Virus record (IMG/VR): IMGVR_UViG_3300037313_000414
Coordinates: 1-45,927 of that record
DNA: 45,927 nt
Source: a virus
Taxonomy: Duplodnaviria; Caudoviricetes
Strand: one strand, 5' to 3'
Shown: one piece after another, positions 9,201 through 17,747 of the stretch
How the letters are laid out: the number at the start of each line of letters is the position of its first letter
Numbering within the stretch: position 1 is the first letter of the stretch
Notes under the pieces: generated by a model
Database searches by the model: none
What the model saw: only the letters and a program-made list of their open reading frames with translations
What the model was told of the DNA's origin: nothing
Translations under genes and position numbers: made by a program

Positions 9201-10706
9201 TTATTGAATATTGTACTTGATTTCCACATCTTCTCCGTTATAGATGGTAATACTGTGGATAAGCTGACGGATCGCGTTCTTTTGCGTGAGCCGGTCTCCG
9301 GATCCAATCTGATTCTCCCGTTTCTTTACACTCGATGCTACTTTGTCAACTGATCCTTCGGTTTCTCCGCTTTTGAGTTTATCGATTTCTGCATGGAGTC
9401 GAACGCGGTCATCGTCGATCCGTTGCCGTGCCCGCTTTAAGTCATCGGCAGAAATCAACTCATCCTCATACGCTTCGATCTGCCTTTGCATCTTTTGGTC
9501 CAGTCGTTCGAGTTTAATCTGCAAGTCGCGCAGCTCATCTTCATTACTCTTAGTTGCGCTAATGACTAACTGGAGTTTTGATGGCTGGGAACTGGCTGCG
9601 ATTTCTTTCAGCTGGTCAACCACAAGATTCTCGATATCGTCCCGGTCAATCCAGTGGTGGTAGCAAATTCCCTTCTCGGTATATCCGGCGCATTTATAGC
9701 GGAAATAGTCTTGAATCTTGTTCGTCGCCTTGACATGCTTATGCCGCGCATATCCGACCATCTTATGCCCACAATGGCCGCAGTACAGCAGACCGGATAG
9801 AAGCCATCGTTCGTTGTTCGCCTGCTTGTGGGATCGTTTTCGTCCTTGGAGAGTGATTTGGATTTCTTCCCATGTTTCCCGGTCGATGATGGCGGGGTGA
9901 TGATCTTCGATCACAATCCATTCTTCCTTTGGACGTTTCAGCGTCTTTCCCTCACCATTGCGCCGGTAGGTGCGGTTATAGACCAATGCGCCGAATAAGG
10001 TCTCCCGTTTGACGAGCTGGCGCACCGTATTGGGATACCAGAGACCGCCAACCTTGGTCTTAACGTTGTATTCCGGTGAGTTGAGTCGTGTGGCGATCAG
10101 GCGCGGGCCATACCCCTCCAGAAGCCAATTCACGATCATCCGTACATTCTCCGCTTCTTCCTCATTAATGACAAATTTTTCGTCCACCGTATCATAACCA
10201 TAGCATGGTATCGTGAATGCCTTTTTGGTTTCAGATGCTTTACGTGCAATACTGAGCAGATTATCCCGTACCCGTTCCCGTGTCATTTCTCGTTCAAACT
10301 CCGCGAAACTGCCCATGTTCTGTAGCATAAGCATTCCCTGTGGTGTATTCAGGTCCATGTCCATGTTCAAACATGTATATTTACAGTGGCACCGCTGGAG
10401 CTGATCGATAATCTTTAATGTGTGGTACAGCTTTCGGGAGAGTCGGTCCAGTTTGGTCGTGATGACCATGGCTACTTCCCCGGCTTCAACGTTCCGAAGC
10501 AGGCGCGTCAGCTCCGGCCGTTTCATGTTCTTTCCGCTGTAACCGTCATCGACATAAAAAACGGGTGTGCCTAACCCGTTCATTTTACAATACTGGATGA
10601 TCCGTTCTTTTTGCTCTTCGATGGAGTTACCATGCTTCGCCTGTTCATCCGTACTAACGCGAATATAGGCGGCTATTATGACTTGATGAAAGGTTACGTT
10701 CGACAT
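9201..10706 (-). CDS. int: Large serine recombinase (integrase)
   Basis: YIRVST catalytic motif, DDGYSG, DRLSR, recombinase domain, LSGLLYCGHCG Zn ribbon, coiled coil. Confidence 0.96.
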   Translation of the reverse strand: MSNVTFHQVIIAAYIRVSTDEQAKHGNSIEEQKERIIQYCKMNGLGTPVFYVDDGYSGKNMKRPELTRLLRNVEAGEVAMVITTKLDRLSRKLYHTLKIIDQLQRCHCKYTCLNMDMDLNTPQGMLMLQNMGSFAEFEREMTRERVRDNLLSIARKASETKKAFTIPCYGYDTVDEKFVINEEEAENVRMIVNWLLEGYGPRLIATRLNSPEYNVKTKVGGLWYPNTVRQLVKRETLFGALVYNRTYRRNGEGKTLKRPKEEWIVIEDHHPAIIDRETWEEIQITLQGRKRSHKQANNERWLLSGLLYCGHCGHKMVGYARHKHVKATNKIQDYFRYKCAGYTEKGICYHHWIDRDDIENLVVDQLKEIAASSQPSKLQLVISATKSNEDELRDLQIKLERLDQKMQRQIEAYEDELISADDLKRARQRIDDDRVRLHAEIDKLKSGETEGSVDKVASSVKKRENQIGSGDRLTQKNAIRQLIHSITIYNGEDVEIKYNIQ

Positions 10707-10721
10707 GATGTCCTCCTACAG

Positions 10722-10741
10722 AAAAAGCCCCGGATTGGGGC
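10722..10741 (-). terminator. Terminator-like hairpin just upstream of the integrase RBS
   Basis: Minus strand gcccc-aatcc-ggggc-ttttt. Confidence 0.5.
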
Positions 10742-10761
10742 CGTATATTCTCGTTATATCA

Positions 10762-10977
10762 CTACATGTCAAGCCGGTAAAGCGGGTAATGTTCGCCATT
10801 TTCCGGGATAGGCTCATAACCGTTCGTAGTGGCGATCACATACCAGTCTACGGCGCTCTTATAGCCACGCGCCGCGCAGTATGGGTTAGGACATACCCCG
10901 TGGGCGAATAAGCCGTTACGGGTCCATTGTGCTTCGTCGTAGGTGTGTTCGCATTCTCTGCACCATAGGTAGCGCAT
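10762..10977 (-). CDS. Small Cys-rich (Zn-binding) hypothetical protein
   Basis: CxxC...CxxxxC; RBS gaggtg. Confidence 0.7.
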   Translation of the reverse strand: MRYLWCRECEHTYDEAQWTRNGLFAHGVCPNPYCAARGYKSAVDWYVIATTNGYEPIPENGEHYPLYRLDM

Positions 10978-11153
10978 GGCGGTCACCTCATAATCGTGGG
11001 ACTATTTCCCTGTTTCGTCGAATTGACTAAAAATTCGGTAAAATCCGACTTCCTACCCTACCAAATGTCGACAGGAAATCGTATACTCTCTGTACGGACA
11101 AGTATCGAACATGAGTCAATATGAAACCGCTTAACGTAATAACACCAATTACA

Positions 11154-11248
11154 CCCATAACGAACGGGCATACCCGACGAAAGCCGGGGACGCAAAACTA
11201 GAAGGGGCTACAGCCGAAAGGCCATGCCAGCCAGTTGCCGATTATGGG
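11154..11248 (+). ncRNA. c-di-GMP-I (GEMM) riboswitch
   Basis: GGGCA..CC-GAAA hairpin-GGGACGCAAAAC...GGCTA..GAAA..ATGCCAGCCAGTTGCC; P1 cccataa/ttatggg. Confidence 0.85.
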
Positions 11249-11388
11249 TTTCGCTGTCCTTTTGACTAGGACTTTTGAACTAGGCTAAATGATTTTTAAC
11301 CTTACAGCTGAGAGCGGGTGGGAACAAATTGTTCGACACATGTTTCAATCTATAGGTTGAAACTCTCCTTGGGGCAGAGTAGGTTTTT

Positions 11389-11622
11389 CTACTCTGTATG
11401 TCTCTCGTCATCAATTTCCCACTCATACAGGTCATATGTGGTGATGTTCAGGATTTGCGCGACTGATTCAGCAATTTCCAACGACATCAACTTGATATTC
11501 CGCACATAATTTGAGACCATTTGTGGTGAGAGGGAAAGGCGATTGGCAAGCTCGGTTTGAGTCATGCCGGCTTGTTTCAATCGTTGACGCAGAAGACATC
11601 TCCCGGCCCGGAGACGTGTCAT
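11389..11622 (-). CDS. XRE-family HTH regulator, probably SOS-controlled
   Basis: LRQRLKQAGMTQTELANRLSLSPQMVSNY; LexA box upstream. Confidence 0.88.
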   Translation of the reverse strand: MTRLRAGRCLLRQRLKQAGMTQTELANRLSLSPQMVSNYVRNIKLMSLEIAESVAQILNITTYDLYEWEIDDERHTE

Positions 11623-11660
11623 GCGTACCTCTCTCTTTTTTATTCAATTTTAGGTTGATG

Positions 11661-11674
11661 CAAACGCATGTTCG
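11661..11674 (-). promoter_or_regulatory. LexA/DinR (Cheo) SOS box
   Basis: CGAACATGCGTTTG matches the Bacillus consensus CGAACRNRYGTTYG. Confidence 0.75.
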
Positions 11675-11729
11675 TATTAAAATTAAAAACGCGAACGAAA
11701 TTACATCCAATGAGAACAGGCGGTGCTGC

Positions 11730-11897
11730 ATGGAGCAGAAAGATACTTTCTACATCAACCGGGAAGCATTCATTAGACTAAGCATCGATCCAAAGGAAGC
11801 GGTCGAATACTTGGAAAACAAGGAAGCAATCGACATGAATCCTGCTCATGTTAAAGCTCTTGGCCTTTTGAAGATGCCTGTTGAGAATGTTTCATAA
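11730..11897 (+). CDS. Small hypothetical protein (55 aa), convergent on the repressor
   Basis: RBS aggcggtg, ATG 11730. Confidence 0.55.
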   Translation: MEQKDTFYINREAFIRLSIDPKEAVEYLENKEAIDMNPAHVKALGLLKMPVENVS

Positions 11898-12288
11898 AGC
11901 GTTTGGCACGAACGAAAGCGATAAATTCTTTCACTTCCTCATCGGATAGCGTGATGTTGTCCACTTTGAAATTCATTCTGTCGATTATTTCCTCATCCGT
12001 TAGTTCAAGATCTAGATATTCAATCAATTTGTCTACTGCATCTTTGTTTTCTTCTCGCATATGGCCAGCTAACCTCATTAATTCGTCATAAGAATAGTTA
12101 TAAGCCTTAGATAATGACCTTAAGCTGTCTGGCGATGGGGTTATTGGCGCGCCTGTATTCGGGTGTCTGCCTTTCTCCAAAGAATCGATATATGAATGAC
12201 TCAATCCACTCTTTTCGGCAGCCTCTCGGAGGCTCATTCTCCCCCGTAACTTCCTAAGGAAACCGCCGATCTCACTCAACAATTTCAC
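11851..12288 (-). CDS. CI-like prophage repressor (XRE HTH)
   Basis: LRKLRGRMSLREAAEKSGLSHSYIDSLEKG; divergent from Cro-like gene. Confidence 0.88.
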   Translation of the reverse strand: MKLLSEIGGFLRKLRGRMSLREAAEKSGLSHSYIDSLEKGRHPNTGAPITPSPDSLRSLSKAYNYSYDELMRLAGHMREENKDAVDKLIEYLDLELTDEEIIDRMNFKVDNITLSDEEVKEFIAFVRAKRFMKHSQQASSKGQEL

Positions 12289-12292
12289 CCCC

Positions 12293-12415
12293 TGTATAAC
12301 GCATCATACACATTGTATTACAATTGTTTATTTTTTAAATAAGAAAACTTGTACGATATGGTTGACAACATGTACAACTAGTAGTACATTATATATGTGT
12401 ACAACGAGTAATACA
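12293..12415. promoter_or_regulatory. Genetic switch: four 18-bp operators plus rightward sigma-A promoter
   Basis: TGTA..ACA palindromes at 12293, 12350, 12371, 12398; TTGACA(12362)-17 bp-TACATT(12385). Confidence 0.8.
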
Positions 12416-12431
12416 GAAAGGAGGAACACGA

Positions 12432-12659
12432 ATGAAGAATACTCTCGGTTTTCTCATTGAATCACATGGGCTTGAAATCTCTACTCTAGCGCGTGAACTT
12501 GGTTGCTCTCGTAGCACAATTTACAGGGCGCTAAAGGGAAAACCGTGCTCAGGTGAATTCATGCTGAAAGTATCGTCGTACTTTGGAAAAGATGTTCGGG
12601 ATATTTTTTTTACCCCAAATGTACAACGCATAGTACAAAGAAAAAACAAAACAGCATAA
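12432..12659 (+). CDS. Cro-like HTH regulator
   Basis: LARELGCSRSTIYRALKG; first gene of the rightward operon. Confidence 0.85.
   Translation: MKNTLGFLIESHGLEISTLARELGCSRSTIYRALKGKPCSGEFMLKVSSYFGKDVRDIFFTPNVQRIVQRKNKTA
12620..12637. promoter_or_regulatory. Fifth operator, inside the Cro-like gene
   Basis: tgtacaacgcatagtaca matches the switch operators. Confidence 0.7.
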
Positions 12660-12671
12660 GGAGTTGATTGT

Positions 12672-13322
12672 ATGAGCCAGTTAGTCAAAGTTACGAGCAA
12701 CATTTTCGGAGAAGTTGAAGTGGACTTCTTTAAAAACGAGAACGGCGACATCATTATGACAGCCGAACAGATCGGCAGTGCACTTGGTTACACGAACCCG
12801 AGCAAAGCAATTCTCAACCTGTACAAACGAAACGAAAAAAGATTTGAGAAATTTTCAACCACCCTCGAAACGAGGGCGCTTGATGGCAAGTTGCGTGAGA
12901 CGCGGATCTTTAACGAAAAAGGGATTTACGAAGTAATTCGTAAGTCCACGCAGCCCAAAGCCGATGAATTTTACGATTGGGTATTTGATGTCATCCAGCA
13001 AATCCGAAAGACTGGTTTCTACATGACAACTTCTGATGTAAAGGTGCCGGAACTTCTCGAAAAGGTAAACCAACTCGAACACAAGATTGATTCATTCGTT
13101 ACCCTGACTTCCTACGAATCGAGTTTGTTGCAAAAAGCTATTGCCAAGCGAGTATGCGGAATCCAGCCGGATAAGGACGAACGCGGAGAATTGTTCCGCG
13201 AGGTACACCGGGAAATCCGCGATCGGTTCGGCGTTCCGAGTTACCGTGATGTTGCGCGAGTTGATTTCCAAATGGCGATGAACTACGTGACAAACTGGGT
13301 ACCGAAGAAAAGGGCCGCCTAA
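12672..13322 (+). CDS. Antirepressor, Bro-N plus ORF6C-type domains
   Basis: ALGYTNPSKAI, NEKGIYEVIRKS.QPKADEFYDWVFDVI; C-terminal RDRFGVPSYRDV. Confidence 0.85.
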   Translation: MSQLVKVTSNIFGEVEVDFFKNENGDIIMTAEQIGSALGYTNPSKAILNLYKRNEKRFEKFSTTLETRALDGKLRETRIFNEKGIYEVIRKSTQPKADEFYDWVFDVIQQIRKTGFYMTTSDVKVPELLEKVNQLEHKIDSFVTLTSYESSLLQKAIAKRVCGIQPDKDERGELFREVHREIRDRFGVPSYRDVARVDFQMAMNYVTNWVPKKRAA

Positions 13323-13579
13323 TGCAAATCAATATGACAACCGCAAGACTTAACAAATTGGCTGATGAATGTCACGCCGCCTCAATGGCTTATATCGAAA
13401 TCGTTACAAATGCGGCCATCGATCAAATGCAACTGTACGGAATCGAGCCATCAGAAGAAAACATCACCGTACCAAACATCGCCATGTATGCGGCAAAAAG
13501 ATTAAACGTTCCTGTCGAATCAATCGAACCTGAACTAACCAAATTTATGGTCCTGGAAGGAATGGCAGGATACGAATAG
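13322..13579 (+). CDS. Hypothetical protein
   Basis: ORF coupled to the antirepressor stop. Confidence 0.65.
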   Translation: MQINMTTARLNKLADECHAASMAYIEIVTNAAIDQMQLYGIEPSEENITVPNIAMYAAKRLNVPVESIEPELTKFMVLEGMAGYE

Positions 13580-13590
13580 GAGGCCACATC

Positions 13591-13746
13591 ATGACCAAAC
13601 GGAAACCGCTGAAACTGGTGAAACAGGTCAATCTCCAGAATGAAGAAATCGATCCTTCACAATATCAAGACTTCGCCAATAAGACCGGGGCCGCCGTAAA
13701 GTCCTGGGAAACCGGCAATGTGTACAAAGTGAAAGAAGGGGCTTAA
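13591..13746 (+). CDS. Small hypothetical protein (51 aa)
   Basis: Manual translation MTKRKPLKLVKQ...; RBS aggagg. Confidence 0.6.
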   Translation: MTKRKPLKLVKQVNLQNEEIDPSQYQDFANKTGAAVKSWETGNVYKVKEGA

Positions 13747-13824
13747 CAAATATCCCTATTATACCTGAATGATTACTAAAGTGATACTTATTGTTTACAG
13801 AATTAAACAAATTGAAATCTTCTT

Positions 13825-13856
13825 ATACGGCCTGCGCTGATTCGGTCGGGTCGAAG
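13825..13856 (-). repeat. Dispersed boundary site
   Basis: Plus strand atacggcc-tgcgctg-attcggtcgggtcgaag; 27 bp identical to the copy near 21996. Confidence 0.88.
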
Positions 13857-13889
13857 AACAAGCAAATACTTAAACCAGGAGGAAAGAAA

Positions 13890-14528
13890 ATGAATTTAAA
13901 CCTAAGCAACGTAACCAAAAGCCAATTGCGTGATTTCGTGGACATCAAGATTAACAAGCGCAAGCGTGATCTGTGGAACGAGATTACGGAGATCGTAACT
14001 AGCCGCATGTCAGAAGCTTTAAAAACCGTTCTCGGCGATGTATCTGAGTTGGAGCGCGTAGCAAGCCGGTTCGAGGACTTGCTGACGGAAAAGATTCACC
14101 TGATCGGCGATGGGTGCGTTCCAGAGTATTCGAAAACGGCCGCAAGAGAGGCTAACAAAATCTACAAGGCACATAAATACTTCTTGGATCAAATCGTGCA
14201 CGATGCTTTGACTTCGCTTAGAAACCCGACTCAAAACTATTACAGATTCAAATGCAAGTCGCTGATGGAAACATACAACGCGCTTGAATCGGAATTGAAG
14301 GAAAGATTAAAGATGTACAACGTTGGCTTATCTACACTGAATACTGAACTGAACAACGCCATTAGCAACGAACCGAACGGAAAACGCGGATACAACGCGT
14401 TAGTTGCTCTAGGCGTGGACATGTCTGATTTCGCACCGAACGGAAATCCGAATCTCCCGGCCGTTGTTAAATTGTCTGTTGATGTTTGTGTGTTGAATGG
14501 TGACTGCGACAAGAAAGAGTCTGCATAA
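13890..14528 (+). CDS. Hypothetical protein (212 aa) bracketed by inverted boundary sites
   Basis: RBS aggagg, ATG 13890. Confidence 0.75.
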   Translation: MNLNLSNVTKSQLRDFVDIKINKRKRDLWNEITEIVTSRMSEALKTVLGDVSELERVASRFEDLLTEKIHLIGDGCVPEYSKTAAREANKIYKAHKYFLDQIVHDALTSLRNPTQNYYRFKCKSLMETYNALESELKERLKMYNVGLSTLNTELNNAISNEPNGKRGYNALVALGVDMSDFAPNGNPNLPAVVKLSVDVCVLNGDCDKKESA

Positions 14529-14570
14529 GGCCGCAGGCCATCGAGTCGAACGAATAGGCGCGAGCCGAAA
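14529..14570 (+). repeat. Dispersed boundary site
   Basis: ggcc-gca-ggcc-atcgagtcgaacgaat-aggcgcg-agccgaaa immediately after TAA. Confidence 0.8.
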
Positions 14571-14581
14571 GAAGGTCTACT

Positions 14582-14773
14582 ATGTGTCCATCTTGTCAAA
14601 AGAAAGATCAAGAAATCGAAGAACTCCAACGGATCATCGCCGCTTATGAAGCGGAATCACTGATTAATGCCGGTCGGTTTCGGCAGTTTACGGCGGATCC
14701 CATTTTAGCTGCACAGACGTTTGCTGATCTACAAAAACGATTGAAGCAAAACGGAATGGAGGTAAGGACATGA
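14582..14773 (+). CDS. Hypothetical protein
   Basis: ORF in early operon, coupled to next gene. Confidence 0.6.
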   Translation: MCPSCQKKDQEIEELQRIIAAYEAESLINAGRFRQFTADPILAAQTFADLQKRLKQNGMEVRT

Positions 14774-14934
14774 TAGGGAAAGCAAGCGAAGTGAATATCG
14801 CCGAAATGGAAGTTGACTCAATCAATAAGTGGATACATGACAACCAAGAAGCGACGATCATCGATATCAAATACTCATTTCATCCAGAAGGATTCTCGTG
14901 GGCACTCATCATCTACAAGGAGGACGCACAATGA
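14770..14934 (+). CDS. Small protein, Cse60-like (54 aa)
   Basis: Manual translation ...INKWIHDNQEATIIDIKYS...ALIIYKE; RBS ggaggt. Confidence 0.55.
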   Translation: MIGKASEVNIAEMEVDSINKWIHDNQEATIIDIKYSFHPEGFSWALIIYKEDAQ

Positions 14935-15119
14935 ACGCGATATGGAACACCATCGACGAATTACGCAGCCAAATCCATCCCGATGACGAAGGAGCGCACT
15001 ATCAACTCGACGATCTGGAAATTCAACTCCGCGAGTTGGAGTCGAATGTCGAGGCGATGCAGATGGAAATCGCATTACTGAAAGGTGGACAAGCCCGTGG
15101 AAAAAGTGAAGCTGCCTAA
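14931..15119 (+). CDS. Small coiled-coil protein
   Basis: RBS aaggagg, ATG 14931. Confidence 0.65.
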   Translation: MNAIWNTIDELRSQIHPDDEGAHYQLDDLEIQLRELESNVEAMQMEIALLKGGQARGKSEAA

Positions 15120-15465
15120 AGATGTGGCGGAAACGATTGAAATCATTAGAAAGGCCAATAAACACCCGATCCGTTCAACTATGGACTTCATTTATTGCGA
15201 GGGAGAGGATTGGGATTTTCACGAACCCTCCATAACACTCAAGAAATATTGCGAAATGGATCGTTCGCAGAGGATCGAAAACATAGTTGTTGCTTTAGTC
15301 AATGGGTACGAAATTGAACCGTCGCCGGAAGAGAAGGTAAAGGCGTACTACGATGAACAATCTAACGTTTTTTCCAAAGATCAGCTCCGGCAAGACAATA
15401 CACCTTATGCAATCAGAAAAGTGCTTAATCTGCTCGGCATTGAAATCGAAGGTGTAAATACATGA
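15097..15465 (+). CDS. DUF1642-like phage protein
   Basis: KVKLPKDVAETIE...ALVNGYEIE pattern. Confidence 0.6.
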   Translation: MEKVKLPKDVAETIEIIRKANKHPIRSTMDFIYCEGEDWDFHEPSITLKKYCEMDRSQRIENIVVALVNGYEIEPSPEEKVKAYYDEQSNVFSKDQLRQDNTPYAIRKVLNLLGIEIEGVNT

Positions 15466-15689
15466 ACACATGTGTGGAATACTTGGTACTCACCGAATGC
15501 GGCAGACGCTTCTGCTGGAGCGCAATAGACGAAGAAAGCCTGCGGCGTGACTTGGAATACCGGCACTACAAACCAACGTTCGTGCAACTTTACAGCGAAT
15601 ATGAAGCGGAAATGCACCGGAAAGAGGAGCAGGAGAAGCTGGTTGCCGAGCATACCGCTGATGTGAAAGGGGAGAAACCTGCGGCATAA
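15462..15689 (+). CDS. Hypothetical protein
   Basis: ATGA-coupled ORF. Confidence 0.65.
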   Translation: MNTCVEYLVLTECGRRFCWSAIDEESLRRDLEYRHYKPTFVQLYSEYEAEMHRKEEQEKLVAEHTADVKGEKPAA

Positions 15690-15695
15690 AGGCTT

Positions 15696-15735
15696 ATTCG
15701 GCCTCTCTGCGTTAGGCGGTCGAAGAATCTCGAAT
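15696..15735 (-). repeat. Degenerate dispersed boundary site
   Basis: Plus strand attcggcc-tctctgcgtta-ggcggtcgaag. Confidence 0.55.
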
Positions 15736-15768
15736 AGGTCAATAACAAGCGAAGGATGGAGAATCGGA

Positions 15769-15987
15769 ATGAGTGATAAGTCAATATCATGGAAACCAAT
15801 GAGCATGTATGTTGCAGATGTTCTTTACACGTTCGGTGGATTGAAAGGTATGAACGCCAAAAAAATAACTAGAAGAGGAACAATATTGACCATAACACTA
15901 AATAGTGGTGATCTGCTGACTGTTAATCCACTAGATACGATTACTCAAGGATCTTACGGTGAATTGACCATTAAAAAAATGGAGTGA
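15769..15987 (+). CDS. Hypothetical protein
   Basis: ORF with RBS ggag. Confidence 0.6.
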   Translation: MSDKSISWKPMSMYVADVLYTFGGLKGMNAKKITRRGTILTITLNSGDLLTVNPLDTITQGSYGELTIKKME

Positions 15988-15992
15988 ACATA

Positions 15993-16409
15993 ATGCGTGA
16001 TATAAAGTTTCGTTACGTATTCAAGAATCATTTAGGCGAAACAGCAAGCCTGGTGTTTACCATAGAACAAGTTGAAGGAACGACAAACTTTCAAGATAAG
16101 GTAAAACAGTCAGTCGGATTTGATTTTCGCTTGATTGGAAGAGATGAATGCATTGGATTAACTGATCGTAATGGTGAAGAAATTTGGGAAAACGACATTC
16201 TCAGAAGCCCGAATGGCGCAATTGGAGTTGTGTGCTTCCACGAAAAATGGGGATCATTCTACTACAAGACAGCGTTCGGCATTAACGAATACGGCAAAAT
16301 CGTTCGTAGGATCAGTTCGGTCCGGTTCACGAATCACGCTCATAAGTACGAACGTATTGGAGACATCCACTCTACACCGGAACTACTCGAAGGGAAGGAA
16401 TCATCGTGA
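15993..16409 (+). CDS. YopX-family protein
   Basis: MRDIKFR...GLTDRNGEEIWENDIL...IGDIHSTPELL. Confidence 0.88.
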   Translation: MRDIKFRYVFKNHLGETASLVFTIEQVEGTTNFQDKVKQSVGFDFRLIGRDECIGLTDRNGEEIWENDILRSPNGAIGVVCFHEKWGSFYYKTAFGINEYGKIVRRISSVRFTNHAHKYERIGDIHSTPELLEGKESS

Positions 16410-16684
16410 GCCTGCTGATTGAAGAAGCAAAGAAACTGTATGAGGGCTGGAATTGGGAACAAGTCGCAGAGAAATTAAGTCCCTCCGATCGCGGCGCATT
16501 CCTGGCTATCGTCGGTTCTTATCAAGACTTAATCAAAGAAATCGAACGACTCCAATGTTATGAAGTCGACTATCACAAAGCGGTAGAGGACTTTCTACAA
16601 CAACGACGAGATTATGAATTTACCATTATCAATTTAAGGAACCAGACTGACAAATTGAAAGAGCAATTAAAAAAGCATCAATAA
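16406..16684 (+). CDS. Hypothetical coiled-coil protein
   Basis: Coupled ORF. Confidence 0.65.
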   Translation: MSLLIEEAKKLYEGWNWEQVAEKLSPSDRGAFLAIVGSYQDLIKEIERLQCYEVDYHKAVEDFLQQRRDYEFTIINLRNQTDKLKEQLKKHQ

Positions 16685-16688
16685 TCTC

Positions 16689-16729
16689 ATACGGCCCCCG
16701 CGTTGCTGAGCTGTTCGGTCGATTCGAAG
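16689..16729 (-). repeat. Dispersed boundary site
   Basis: Plus strand atacggcc-cccgcgttgctgagct-gttcggtcgattcgaag. Confidence 0.88.
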
Positions 16730-16745
16730 AAAGGACGAAAAGAAA

Positions 16746-17078
16746 ATGACAGAGGCTGAACTGATGGAAAAGATCAAGGCGATAGGATTACCAGAAGGTG
16801 ACGAGCGGATAAAAGGCATCGTGTGCCAGTTGATCGGACATAGCCGCATTGTAACCAGGTGTTTCGGATATGTTCATTGCGCTAGGTGCGAGAATCAGAT
16901 AGGTGACTCGCTTGGCGGTTACTGGAACGGAGAAAACGCAGTAGTAGTAGGTCATAACTGCGAAACATGCCGCACGAATTACGAAAAGATGGGATGGCAG
17001 GACAAACTATTTTGCCCGGATCCGTTCGAAGAACCGATGTTTGAAGATAGCGAAGAATCGGAAGGAGAATCCAAATGA
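16746..17078 (+). CDS. Cys-rich hypothetical protein
   Basis: Several CxxC pairs; RBS aagga. Confidence 0.7.
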   Translation: MTEAELMEKIKAIGLPEGDERIKGIVCQLIGHSRIVTRCFGYVHCARCENQIGDSLGGYWNGENAVVVGHNCETCRTNYEKMGWQDKLFCPDPFEEPMFEDSEESEGESK

Positions 17079-17317
17079 ACATCACAAACCCCAACTACAA
17101 ACCACCCCAGAATCGAAACATCGTAACGTCCTGCTGTAACGCACCAATCGTAACCGGCGCAATACACGATCCGCATCCTCTAGGATCGGATGAATACAAC
17201 GGGAACGGCATCACCTACAAAGTTAATCGCTGTGAAAACTGCGGTAACGATGAATTCGCGGCAATCGACGTATGCGAAGGATGCGGCCTGCGGGAATGCG
17301 AGGGATGCGGCGTATGA
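17075..17317 (+). CDS. Cys-rich hypothetical protein
   Basis: CC, CENC, CEGC motifs; coupled. Confidence 0.65.
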   Translation: MNITNPNYKPPQNRNIVTSCCNAPIVTGAIHDPHPLGSDEYNGNGITYKVNRCENCGNDEFAAIDVCEGCGLRECEGCGV

Positions 17318-17655
17318 CCAGGGATGAAGTGTTAGCGATGAAGCCGGGGCGGGAATTGGATGCGCTGGTAGCAGGTCGAGTGATGGGCTGGCGAGTGTTC
17401 GAAACCAAGCTTATCAAAGATGGATATGTCGCTTATCTTGCGGACTTCAACCCATCCACCAACATAGCCGCCGCATGGGAAGTCGTGGAGAAGCTACACT
17501 CAACGGGAAAATACAACCTAGCCTTGGAGTACTACCCGAATGAAAAAGATTGGGGCGCTGATTTCGACGAGTGGGGAATATCGTCCCAGGCGGTAGCCGT
17601 AACAGCTCAAGAGGCAATCGTAAAGGCCGCATTACTCGCGGTGATGGAACTATGA
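17314..17655 (+). CDS. Phage ABA-sandwich domain protein
   Basis: PGRELDALVAGRVMGW...FNPSTNIAAAWEVVEKL...AIVKAAL. Confidence 0.8.
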   Translation: MTRDEVLAMKPGRELDALVAGRVMGWRVFETKLIKDGYVAYLADFNPSTNIAAAWEVVEKLHSTGKYNLALEYYPNEKDWGADFDEWGISSQAVAVTAQEAIVKAALLAVMEL

Positions 17656-17747
17656 CCAACCTCACAATCGCCGTATGGGTCATAGCCATCGCCTTAATAT
17701 CCGCTATATCGGTACAAGCCTTATGCAAAAGGAGGTGGAGAGAGTAA
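17652..17747 (+). CDS. 31-aa single-TM peptide
   Basis: Manual translation MTNLTIAVWVIAIALISAISVQALCKRRWRE; ATGA coupling. Confidence 0.5.
   Translation: MTNLTIAVWVIAIALISAISVQALCKRRWRE

Noticed and set aside
10737-10746. GGCCGTAT half-site upstream of the integrase
   Set aside because: No core box nearby, and it is part of a terminator-like hairpin.
11321-11335. Second SOS box GGAAC-AAATT-GTTCG
   Set aside because: Spacer is 5 nt instead of 4.
10762-12288. Arbitrium (AimR/AimP) communication system
   Set aside because: No TPR-type receptor or signal-peptide-bearing small ORF found.
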